Source: Octopus sinensis (Eukaryota). From it: a stretch of 64,000 bases of DNA. The position numbers were made by a program, and so were the translations under genes. Below, piece after piece: positions 40,101 to 49,584 of the stretch. The stretch covers positions 29,946,001 through 30,010,000 of the forward strand of contig NC_043006.1 in NCBI RefSeq assembly GCF_006345805.1, written 5' to 3'. Every line of letters starts with the position of its first letter. Positions within the stretch are counted from its first letter, which is position 1. The notes under the pieces are model-generated. The model saw nothing but the letters and a program-made list of their open reading frames with translations, was not told where the DNA came from and made no database searches.

Positions 40101-43100
40101 GTATTCCATGGAAACAGCTGAGGCTACGACGTAAAAGATTATTTCCTTGCAAAATATACACCAAAATGGAACCACACAGTACAAAAAACAACAACAAAAA
40201 CAACCAAGACTTAATAAGAATCAGCAAAACACCAAAGTAACATAATTTAACTCATTTGGGGTTTTCTGAAGTACTTGTTTGCCTTACTGCCAGTTATCTG
40301 ACTGTTAAGAAGAAGCAGGAGACCAGAGGAAGAAAATCCGCAGGTAATAAATATTCAGTTTTATAACTAATTACTTGCAGAAAACTATCAAAAAGGACTG
40401 GCTGAATTGTTCTGCTAATCATCATCATTTAACATCCACTTTTCCATTCCTGCAGGTGTCAGACTTTGTTGAAGCAGATTTTCTAAAAGCAGAAGCCCTT
40501 CCTGGTGCCAGCCCTCATTTGTTTCCAACTTATATTTCCCCACATCCAGGCTGGAAACGACCAACACTGCTTCTATGATAATGATGCTCGTTTACAACCT
40601 TCACAGGGCGTCAAGAGGATACACACAACCTGTGTGTGTATACGACAGGCTTCTTTACTGGGATTGAACCAGAGCACGTAGTTGGAAAATAGGCTTCTTA
40701 ACCACACAACCTCTTATATATTTTTCTTCCATCATTTACTTGTTTCAGTCACTGGACTGCGACCATGCTGGCGCGCAGTCTTGAAAGATTTTCAAACGAA
40801 TCGATCCCACTTCTTATTCAATCGATTTCCTTTGCCCAACCGCTAAATTACGGGGACGTAAGCAAATCACTGGCGGGAAACACAGACATACAACAGGTTT
40901 CTTTCTGTTGCCGTTTTACCAAATCCACTGACAAAAGTTTCGGCCATGTGGGGCTGAACTTGGAACCATGTGGTTGGGAAGCAACCAAATGGTTCCAAGT
41001 GTCTCTAATTTATACGTGAATAAACTTATGTGCATTATCGTTGACAAAAATAAAAGTTTAAACGCAAAGCAAACTGTCGCTGATGTGTAATCAAAATAAA
41101 ATCGTTGTAACTTTATAGGCTGGTTTAAATGATCGATTGATCTTGGTATAAATCAAAATGAATACAATAGCAATTGAAGGAAGAAAAAACATCTTAATCG
41201 ATCTGAAATTAAAATAAAAAGAAATAGATAACTCGTGGAACAAGGCCTAGAGTGAAGTCAGGAGTGGCGGAGAGTTAAGTAGATCCGGAAAAGTAGAAAG
41301 AAGCAGCCAGGTGCAAGCTTAATATTTCAACGTGATACAATGTCGATATCTTCACGAATTTGTCGTTAGTGGGAGTTAGGGAGCAAGAATGATAGTAACG
41401 ATGATGAAAGTTGGAATGAAATATGTGGTGAAGTGGATAGGCGACGGTAGTTAGGTGAAAAATAGCTAAGTAATGAGCTGAGAAATAAAAACTATCAAGA
41501 TGATGGCGAGAAAAAGAACAAGTGAAATGTAGAAGACAATAGCGAAATAGGAGTAAAGGTGATATACAGGATAGTGAAGAAAGAGTAAAAGTATTTACCG
41601 GAAGAAAAAGAGAGAGAGACATCAGGAAGTGAGAAGTTAAATGGCTAAGACGGTAGAAGGACTATTTAAAAGTACAGGAATTAATTATAAAAGTAATCAT
41701 TCTTAAAAATGCCTCTTTCAATAAAAACACATTCAGAAAATGAGTCGGGCTCTTTTTGAAATATTTAAATTTATAAATGAAAATGTTTGAAAACTTGCAG
41801 CATGGATTGTTAAGTTTACGATAATAAACTTAGTATGTAACTTTATTTAAAAAACGAACAGAAGTCAATTTGTGAAGGCTGGGAACAATATTGCAACATT
41901 CATACTTTTCCTATGGACAAAAGGCAACGTAAATAGTTTCAATAAACAGAGTTAATGTTTACAATATCGACGGCATTCATTCATTGTCTATAAATGACGT
42001 TTTCTTTATATTTCCACATACTAGAACGATCCATTCGTTACCAGTTACATTTAGTGAACATATATTGCTAATTATTTATTTATATTTAGTCAATCTGTAT
42101 TAGTTACTGAATCAACCACTTTCGCCCAGATACACTTGTAGAAACTCACAACCAACAGATGTACTCCATAATAAACAAAAATAACAGGAATTACTCTGCA
42201 ACCGTTTCGGTTTACCCTCAATAATATTAATAAATTTTTATTTCTATTTTTATAGAGTGAAAGGGATATAGTTTGATGCTCTATCCCCACCCAATTCAAA
42301 GGGAAACTCATTCTTCTGGTTATCAAATACGATATCGATTATTCGCCGTTTTGGCGGATTAACTCCGTTCTCAATCCAGTCAATTCCCATCTTTTCTCCT
42401 CCAGTAAATTTCTAAATTTCATAGAGAAGGGACCAATGGTCAAAATGAAATAAATCCCCAGTTACTTTGGTGTGATTGGGAAAAGAAAGAGGAGAAACTC
42501 AATCTGTACGATAAGGCAGGTAAATATATAACACAGTGTGGGATGTAATCAACGGTTCTGTTACAAAAAACTTTAAGGTTGGCGAGTGTATATAGAGACA
42601 CATTAACGGAGACAAGTGGGGTATATGTGAATGCTGCTACAACAAAAGGAAACGTGGTTTCGACAAGCGATCGGAAATGTGAACAAGAAAAACGGACAAA
42701 CCGTTTTAACAATCAAAAGGGAAAATTATACACAAAACAAAAATTAGTAAAAACTATTACGTAGAAGAATATACGCCGAACATTTACAATTTTAATAGTG
42801 AAAATACAATTCTAACGGTTTTGAAGAAATGATAAAGGCTAGTTGGGTTAGTAGCCAGACCACCATGTGGACGTAAAATGAGGGAATGGTCTATTATAAA
42901 GAGAGCATTGTATAATGAACCCTCATTTCTTAATCGGATGGCTATGATTTTTATTAGTACACAAAACTGACAAGGAAATAAGAATACACATTGCCACACT
43001 CACTTGGAGATTAGATGATTAAAACAAAATAAAAGGCCAGATTTTATAACTTTCTTACCTGACCGACTACTTTCAATCGAATATATTCGGGGTCACTGGC

Positions 43101-43300
43101 AGAGGAATCCCCGCCTTCGGGTTTTGTGCTCTATTACAAGAGGGAAAAAGATGAAAGAGATATAAGTTTCATGAATTCATAGTTGAAAGAGATTTCGGTA
43201 CCGAATTAATACCGATTCCAAATACAAAACCAATAATAACGGGATGACGAGAGAACTCTACGAATAAACATATAACTAAAAATCTGTTAATGTGCCGGAC

Positions 43301-43354
<54 letters not shown>

Positions 43355-43377
43355 GTGTGTGTGTATATATGCAGGAT

Positions 43378-43408
<31 letters not shown>

Positions 43409-43663
43409 GCAGGATATATAACTGTGTATATATAAACGAATATATAAATAAATAAATATATAGATATATATACAGGCAGATTTGTGTGTAGATGTAAATA
43501 TATTTGTATATTTATAACGTGTGTGCGTGTAATATGTAGAAGGAAAGGGCTTCACTTGTTTTTCTGTGACTAACAAAAAACCTACAATTTGTAATTACTT
43601 TATCTCTTGGTTTAGCTAGTTTCTAAAAACACTTATACTCGCCTGTTGTACAGTGTCTGACAT
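19055..43663 (-). CDS. SUMO1: SUMO1-like small ubiquitin-related modifier, 5 coding exons, 100 aa (join 43643-43663, 43059-43130, 25333-25410, 20103-20174, 19055-19114)
   Basis: The manually spliced translation aligns along its length with SUMO1 ([46 protein letters not shown]) and is closer to SUMO1 than to SUMO2/3. All introns are phase 0 with AG acceptors. The 78- and 72-nt exons 3 and 4 match the exon layout I recall for vertebrate SUMO1. Confidence 0.96.
19585..19768. repeat. Fold-back inverted repeat: 69-bp arms (67/69 matched), 46-nt loop
   Basis: Arm 19585-19653 is the reverse complement of 19700-19768 with two mismatches. Confidence 0.95.
20103..20174 (-). CDS. SUMO1: SUMO1-like exon 4 ([24 protein letters not shown])
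   Basis: 72 nt; acceptor ttctattgaag, donor CAG|gtaacc; visible inside track ORF 20052..20261. Confidence 0.96.
20810..21210 (+). mobile_element. Full-length tRNA-derived SINE family A
   Basis: A-box-like GTGGCTGTGTGG, B-box-like GGGTTCATTCCC, central (TA)/(TG) tract, and 3' end gactgaaacaagtaaaag. Confidence 0.88.
21652..21806 (+). mobile_element. RTE 3'-tail fragment
   Basis: ttaggaagggcatccagctgtagaaa...ccatgctagcatggaaagcggacgttaaac(gat)n. Confidence 0.85.
24262..24480. mobile_element. piggyBac-like MITE, copy 1
   Basis: CCCTTTAGC...GCTAAAGGG ends with degenerate TTAA flanks; inverted homologue of 28040-28260. Confidence 0.7.
25030..25197 (-). mobile_element. SINE family A 5' head
   Basis: Reverse-complement tRNA-like head; 25110-25197 is 85/88 identical to 19648-19735. 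Confidence 0.8.
25333..25410 (-). CDS. SUMO1: SUMO1-like exon 3 ([26 protein letters not shown])
   Basis: 78 nt; pyrimidine tract plus tttttcatag acceptor, donor CAG|gtagga. Confidence 0.96.
27640..27930 (-). mobile_element. RTE 3'-tail fragment(s)
   Basis: catcatcatttaatgtcc..ccatgctggcatgggttggatgg and two ggatgcccttcc blocks. Confidence 0.75.
28040..28260. mobile_element. piggyBac-like MITE, copy 2 (221 bp)
   Basis: TTAA|CCCTTTAG...CTAAAGGG|TTAA, with intact TTAA TSDs at 28036-28039 and 28261-28264. Confidence 0.85.
28560..28987 (+). mobile_element. Probable non-autonomous Helitron remnant
   Basis: 3' hairpin gtgacccaatgggtgac (28960-28976), then CTAG|T at 28984-28988. An upstream charged repeat, [21 protein letters not shown], is reminiscent of RepHel N-termini. 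Confidence 0.45.
30896..32809 (+). CDS. RTE-clade LINE ORF (5'-truncated): reverse transcriptase, Cys-rich PHD-like finger and C-terminus, 637 aa, uninterrupted
   Basis: [68 protein letters not shown] and FRYLG. There is no APE endonuclease; the first 7 residues come from flanking DNA. Confidence 0.95.
   Translation: MSNDNIYLRREDQRLEVFCVARQCLRENRDVVGEKCVRMEDGSLALNEDAKREVWRCHYERLLNEENEWDKESLPNVDPTEGPAIRVDSSVVAKAIRSMKTGKAPGPSGITAEMLKMSGSVGYSLVTHIVNQVIHKGVIPNDWCSSIIVNCYKGKGDALDTNNYRGIKLLDQVMKVTERVIAQLIRERVSLDEMQFGFVPGKSTTDAIFLVRQLQEKYLAKDKPLYLAFVDMEKAFDRVPRSLIWWAMRKLGIDEWLVRAVRAMYRDAASRVRVGNEYSEEFRVEVGVHQGSVLSPLLFIIVLQAITEEFKTGCPWELLYADDLALIAESLSELEEKFQVWKQGLESKGLRVNLAKTKVVISRKVDKSQTPSGRWPCSICRKGVGRNSIRCTKCKLWTHKRCSNVKGRLTRKMVFVCGRCSGTINTENALRPTSVTFQGEKLEIVDSFRYLGDQVSSGGGCAESVTARVRIAWAKFRELLPLLVTKGLSHRVKGRLYDACVRTAMLHGSETWAVTAEDMRKLARNEASMLRWMCNAGTHTRQSVSTLREKLDLRSISCGVQERRLRWYGHVARMDEDSCVKKCHTLAVEGTCGRGRPRKTWDEVVKHDLRTLGLTEEMTRDRDLWKCAVREKTRQDK
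30917..33424 (+). mobile_element. Young 5'-truncated RTE LINE in SUMO intron 2 (antisense to the gene)
   Basis: Intact ORF, 3' UTR with a 98-bp tandem duplication (32882/32980), and a (GAT)n tail ending at about 33424. (TA)n on both sides prevents a unique TSD call. Confidence 0.93.
33880..35250 (+). mobile_element. CR1-like LINE RT fossil
   Basis: [49 protein letters not shown], and [14 protein letters not shown]; many stops. Confidence 0.8.
37970..39070 (+). mobile_element. Degenerate RTE LINE copy with internal deletion
   Basis: LYADD region, WPCSIC finger, FRYLG and (GAT)n tail; in-frame TAA at 38106-38108. Confidence 0.9.
39343..39546. mobile_element. piggyBac-like MITE, copy 3
   Basis: TTAA|CCCTTTAG start; body homologous to 24262-24480; degenerate right end. 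Confidence 0.65.
39655..40062 (+). mobile_element. RTE 3' UTR/tail fragment
   Basis: ggcacataaaaagcacc repeats and tail ccatgctagcatggaaagcggatgttaaac..(gat)n. Confidence 0.85.
43059..43130 (-). CDS. SUMO1: SUMO1-like exon 2 ([24 protein letters not shown])
   Basis: 72 nt; acceptor cttgtaatag, donor CAG|gtaaga; encodes the SUMO beta-1 motif YIRLKVVGQ. Confidence 0.95.
43643..43663 (-). CDS. SUMO1: SUMO1-like exon 1 coding part (MSDTVQQ)
   Basis: ATG at 43663-43661 in aacaATGt context (A at -3), followed by CAG|GCGAGT. An alternative weak GT donor 9 nt earlier would give MSDT (43652-43663). Confidence 0.75.
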
Positions 43664-43730
43664 TGTTGTTCTGTGGAGCCGCGGCAGCCGCAGAGAGGAG
43701 GGGGGGTCATAACATGGCCGAACCACAAAC
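43664..43730 (-). promoter_or_regulatory. SUMO 5' UTR / core promoter: GC-rich leader, pyrimidine tract, YY1-like site
   Basis: The minus strand reads CGGCCATGTT (YY1-like, 43720-43711), then CCCCCCCTCCTCTCT, then GC-rich cggctgccgcggctcc before the ATG. CpG appears locally less depleted than in the intron interiors. The TSS itself is not visible. Confidence 0.5.
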
Positions 43731-44359
43731 CAAATCAATCTCACGGTTTATGGCTTTTAGCAATCTTTCTATTGGATATAAAATTATTTAAAACAATCCT
43801 GGTGGTTTTGTTTTACATACTCCCTTCAGAAAATAGTGAAATTTATTATATATATTTGATTTAAAAAAAAAAAATTCAGAAGTCTCGTTACAGTGAGACT
43901 TTGATATTTTTTTTCATTTTCAGAAATGGTCGATAAATGCATTTAATTTTAAACAAGCTAACAACTGTATTTCAGAGTATGTATTCAAATACCTTCAATT
44001 TGAGTAAAATAAGTGAGTCTAAAGGAAAATCATCACTTTAGACCAATGCTAGTTAGTCAAATCTCGTTCACGCGAGAGTTAACTTTATTATCGTTTTTAA
44101 TTAATATCAATTGTTTTATTTAAGGCATGTTAAATTTTTTTAAATCCTTCATTGTATATATTATTTTTTTTAATGTTGCCTTTAAATTGAGCCTTTTAAG
44201 GTCCTTCTAAATCCCATGCTAATTAAACAAGTTCTCGTTTGATTGAGAATTCACAATTACGTTTCCGTTAAACTACTCGCTCTCCTCCCCTTCCTCTTGC
44301 CTCTGTCTCACTTTTCCTAAAAGTATCTTTTGTATGTGTGTATATATATATATACATAT

Positions 44360-44620
44360 ATCATCATCATCATCATTTAACGTCCGCTTTCCATGCTGTC
44401 ATGGGTTGGACGGTTTGACTGAGGGCTGGCAAGCCAGAAGGCTGCACCTGGCTCCAGTCTGATCTGGCAGAGTTTCTACAGCTGGATGCCCTTCCCAATG
44501 CCAACCACTCTGAGAGTGTAGTGGATGCTTTTTACATGCCACTGGCATGAGGGCCAATCAGGCGGTACTGGCATTCACTATGCTTGGTACCTTTTACGTG
44601 CCGCTGGTACGGGAGCCAAT
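44360..44620 (-). mobile_element. RTE 3'-tail fragment just upstream of the SUMO promoter
   Basis: (CAT)n ttaacgtccgctttccatgc...ggatgcccttcc. Confidence 0.85.
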
Positions 44621-44929
44621 CAACATATATATAATGGAAGTTGACTTAGTAGTGAGATTGACCATAGCTTGTTAATAAGCTACAAAGTGAGGATCAAATT
44701 TTACCTCAGCTAATGATCAGCAACTTTTTACTTCAATTATTACATAAATGTCTCTTCTCAGTTAAATGCAACACAGAATCATGAAGTTGATACAGTATAC
44801 AAACATGTTTTTCGCGCAAGCTATAAAATTACATTTATTAACTTTCTTTGGTGATGTATAGCTGAGTGGCAATACATACGTACTGGTATGCATACATATA
44901 CACATACATGCGTAAACTGTCCTGGAATA

Positions 44930-45900
44930 AATACAGAAAATCCTCCTGCTATTGAACACACAAAGACATCAACACAAGGAATATCGGTGGAACATCCTTT
45001 TCAAAACATCAAGTATAAACATAACAGACCAGATATTGTAGTTTGAAACAGACAAGAGAAAAATGTGCTGTCAAAGTGATTGATGTGTATATCTCTTTGA
45101 AAATCAATGAGAATAACTATGAACAACTGTTTTGAAACCTCCAGGTTATAAATTGTACATTTATGCCCATAATAATTGGTGCATTTAATTTTGTGAATAA
45201 TTGACAATATGGATAAGCTAGGGTTTTCAGAACAAAGAAATCAACCAACTAACACCCATTACAAATACAATTTGTAACTGGAACAGTAGAAATATGCAAG
45301 ACTTTTCTCAAGTTTAAAATGTGACATTGTTTTTGTTATCTACATTCTAATAATGAGGCTTTGTCTCATTGTTAGAAACCAGTTCCTTCTTCAGAGGAAG
45401 AACTTAAATGATTAAAATCAGAAGAGAATGAACATACATACATACATACATATACATGCGTACATACATACATACATTATATGTATGTATGTCTCTTCTA
45501 TCATCATCATCATAGAATAATTAAAATAATAGATTAATTTAGAATAAATATCTCATTGAAAATCAAAGAAAAAGAGGATATCTATGGACAACTGCTTCAA
45601 AACCTCCAGCTTCTACATCCAGACTATGAATTCATATTCATACCAATAATAATTGGAGCGTTAGGTTTTGTTAGTATATGCTTAAAGGAGAATCTGGATA
45701 AACTGGGATTTTCAGAAAGAGAAATTGACCAGCTGATTCGTACATCACAAGTCCAATCTGTGAGTGGAACAGTAAAAGTATGCAAGACTTTTCTCAAGTT
45801 CCAAATGTGAATTTGTCTTTGTTAACTGCATCCCAAAGATGGAGCCTTGTATCTTTGTTGAAAACCGACACCCTCCTCAGTGTAAGATTTATAATAATTA
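44930..45900 (+). mobile_element. Two tandem 3' ends of an RLE-type (R4/Dong-like) non-LTR retroelement
   Basis: Copy 1 (about 44930-45420) contains HNRPDIVV and MPIIIGA. Copy 2 (about 45545-45900) encodes KEKEDIYGQLLQNLQLLHPDYEFIFIPIIIGALG...GTVKVCKTFLKF. Both have similar 3' UTRs followed by (TACA)n. Confidence 0.7.
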
Positions 45901-46065
45901 AAAAATAGAAGAGGCATACATACATACATTATTATATGTATGTATGTATGTCCCTTCTATTTTTTAGAATAATAAAAAATAGAATAGACATACATACATT
46001 ATTATATGCATGTATGTCCCTTCTATTTTTTAGCATAATTAAAAAATAGAAGAGACATACATACA
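45893..46065. repeat. Array of five alternately inverted ~30-bp arms (AAAAAATAGAAG.GACATACATAC)
   Basis: Read directly: forward, reverse, forward, reverse, forward arms separated by short AT-rich loops. Confidence 0.85.
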
Positions 46066-46679
46066 GAGTAATTGCTCCATCTTCACAAATAATTGCCTTT
46101 TCCTTTTGCTTCCTCATTATCAATGGCATTTCTCACTTTACAGATCTTCATGGTTTGAAGCATAGGTGACAGACTTACTATGCACTTCCAACTGATTAGG
46201 TCTGCATACGTTGCCACTCTTCAATCGCCATAGGACAAATGAGGTCACCATAAAGAGACATCTGCACCTCACTGGATTATAGTGATAAATGTCTCTGTAA
46301 TTAGTACCAAATGACAGACTGAAGCAAAATAACCAGTAATCATGTGACTCTGCAGGCTTTATATTCAGGAGTCCCTATCCAAGAAGGATACTGTGACAAC
46401 AACTGGGGTCCTTCACTCCTGGTGGTTTTACTGTGTGCCCAGATACCAACCAAGAGCATTTTGGCACCCCTATGCTGAGATAGATTGTCATTAGGGAACC
46501 CATAGCGAAGACTCTGACAAGTGCTACTTCTCCAGGTTAGAGTAAACCTGGAACAATAGTGGTTAAGAGATGGTCTCACATTCTTTAAAACCCTGGAACT
46601 CCTGTACCAAGGCCCAACAACTGGGTGCAGTTTAAAGTTGTACCCAGAATGATACATGCATATAATTGTGTGTGTGTGT

Positions 46680-47930
46680 ATATCATCATCATCATCATCA
46701 TTTAATGCCCATTCTCCATGCTGGCATGGGTTAGATGGTTTGACTGCAGCTGATGAGCCAGAGAGCTGCACCAAGTTCCAGTATGATTTGGCATGGTTTC
46801 TACAGCTGGATGCTCTTCTTAATGTCAACGATTCCAGGAGTGTAATAGGTGCTTTGACATACCATCTACATGACACCAGCAACAATCATGACTACAATTC
46901 CCAGGTGCCATTTAAATGGCAGTGTCAATGACTACAACTAGGATACATGGGTGCCATTTGCATGGCACCAGCAATGACCATGACAACTCACAGGTGCCAT
47001 TTGCATGGTACCACCAATGACCATGACTACGATGCATGGGTACCATTTATGTGACACTAGCACCACCAGAAAAACAATTTCACTTGGCCTGACAAGTCTT
47101 CTCAAGCACGATGTACTGTCTGCAGTCTTGGTCATTTGTCATCACTTCCATGAAACCCACTGTTCAAAGATCATGCTTCACCACTTTGTCCCATATCTTC
47201 CTCGGTCTACCTCTTCCACAGGTTCCCACCACAATTAGTGATCAGTAATTCTTTACAGCTGTCCTCATCCATATGCATCATATGACCATACCAAATCAAT
47301 CGTCTCTCTTGCACACCACATCTGATACCTCTTATGCCCAATTTTTCTCTCAAAACGCTTACACTCTGTGGTACATGCACACCTCCACAACTGACTTGGT
47401 TACCAAGATAACGGAAGCTATCAGCTACCTTTAGTTTTTCCTCCTGGAATTTGATGGAGTCTATTTTCTGACATCTTTAGTCTTAATCGTTTCAGTGCAC
47501 CTTCCACACACAAAATCTAGTTTCTCTGTTAACCTTCCTCTGATATTGCTGCACCTTTTATGCGTCCATAGCTTACACCAGGTATATCTAATGGAATTTC
47601 TACCTACACTTTTCTTACAGATTGAGCAGGGCCATCTACCTGAAAGGATTTGTGATTTGTCTGCTTTCCTACTCACTAAAACTTTGGTTTTTGCTAGATT
47701 AACTCTAAGGCCCTTTTATTCTAGACCTTGCTTACACACCTGAAATTTCTTCTCTAGTTCTGGAAGTGATTTGGCTATGAGAACAAAGTCATCAGCATAG
47801 AGGAACTCCCAGGAGCAGCCTGTCTTAAATTCCTCTGTTATGGCCTGGAGGACTGTGATGAACAGGAGGGGACTGAGGACTGATGCTTGGTGAACCCTGA
47901 CTTGTACCCTGAATTTATTACTATAGTCAT
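46680..47930 (-). mobile_element. Degenerate RTE LINE copy (inverted partner of 37970-39070)
   Basis: RT-end/finger region, 3' UTR with short repeats, and (CAT)n tail; shares the TAA stop with the 38-kb copy. Confidence 0.9.
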
Positions 47931-47952
47931 TGCCAACCTTCAGTTTACTCTC

Positions 47953-47993
<41 letters not shown>

Positions 47994-48014
47994 CAATTTC
48001 ATTTGATTAGTCAA

Positions 48015-48310
48015 GGAGTGTGTTAAGAACTACAAACTTAATTTCTAAACAAATTATAGAAAATTACAAATTGGATGATAAAACTGAACCTTCTGTTTCT
48101 AAAAGACTGAGAATTATTTTAAAGGATCATAAAGAGAATTTTTTTAGTAACCCTAAAGTTAGATTGATTTGCCCATGTAAATCTGACTTGGGTAAACCTA
48201 GTAAAGCAATTCTTGATAAGTAAATTCCTGTTCTTAAAGAAAAAATAAGATTTCAACTCTGGTCTAATACCTATGAGGTAATTGATTGGTTTAATAGAAT
48301 TAGATTTAAT
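48015..48310 (+). mobile_element. Penelope-like RT fragment
   Basis: IILKDHKENFFSNPKVRLICPCKSDLGKPSKAILDK...QLWSNTYEVIDWF. Confidence 0.75.
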
Positions 48311-49584
48311 ATTTAATATGGTAGGGCATGGTTTGAGGGAGATTTGGCAGTTATTTCTAACAGTTTAGTATGGTGGTTGGTTGTATATGTTGTTATTTGG
48401 TATTTATGTTAAGAAAAGAATTGGTAGATTTAGTCGGTATTTCTTTTGGTCTACTTTCAAACAAAAACTTTTAGAGGCAGATTCTAAATAATGATTGATA
48501 TGCAAGGGTGCAAATATCTCTGAGGAAATGTATGAAGAGGTAACTGAGCTACCATCTCCATATAAAACTGTGTATATGTTTTGTTAGGATGTGGGAAGGC
48601 TATGTATGTATAAGTCAAAAAGAACAAGTGAGAGAATAGATCTTTGCAGTACTCCAATTGGAAAATAACAGATTCTAGACATGTTTTAGCATCCTGAGAG
48701 ATAGCTCGCTATTCAGCATTTTGAGTTGAAGCTATTTATAAGTGGTTTGTGGTGAATGGAGTCATAGGCTGTGTCTGTGTCTGTAGTGTCTAGACTAGTA
48801 AGTGTCAGGCTTTTGTTGATATTGAGGTTATCATGAAATGGTAGGATTGTTAAAGCCTCAAAATTAATCTCTACAATATTTAGTTACATCCCTTTACATT
48901 TGGAGTTCAAATGATACTGATGTTAACTTGGCCATTTATTCTTCTGGGTAATAAAAATTAAGTCTTAAATACTTGGATGGGGCCAATTGTTTAATATTCC
49001 TATAAAACATATTGGATAGGAAGAGAATTATATTAAAAGACAAATAACTAGATTTATTGTTTGTTTGAGGTTTGTGAGTGCCATTAGTGGTCGAGTTTAA
49101 TGGGTTGAATCCAGGAGTTTAATGGGGTGAATTCATTAGTTTAATGGGGGGTGAACCCATGAGTTTATTGGGGTGAATCCATGAGTTGATAAATCAAGGA
49201 TGAGATTTATTTTGATTTTGAGGATGTTTGTGGGAAAGTGATGGGCCTCTATGATATTGCTTAAGTTGGGTTTTGGAATTGTTATTATTCAGTTTAGTTT
49301 CCAAATTTCAGGAATATAGCAGGGTGTTGATGAGAACAATAACTTAATATATTCATCTTGGTGTATGGTTGTTTGAAACTTTTGAGGTATTTTTTTTCCT
49401 TATGTCTGATAGAAAAACAAGATTCCTATCATGGAAGATGTATTGTCATGTGTTCAGTATTTTGTCAAGTCTTTTTCTATTTGGCTTTTGGTTCCTGATT
49501 TTAGATATATTTGACTAGGTAGTTTGTGGTGTGGCCATGGTGAAGTTCTTATTAAATCATATCATCTAGACATTATTACAGATG

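Noticed and set aside
43905-43950. Plus-strand acceptor followed by ATG near the SUMO promoter (divergent gene?)
   Set aside because: The ORF closes after 6 codons and no other exon supports it.
46340-46885. 181-aa ORF
   Set aside because: Spans an RTE tail, a microsatellite and other repeat fragments; no recognisable domain.
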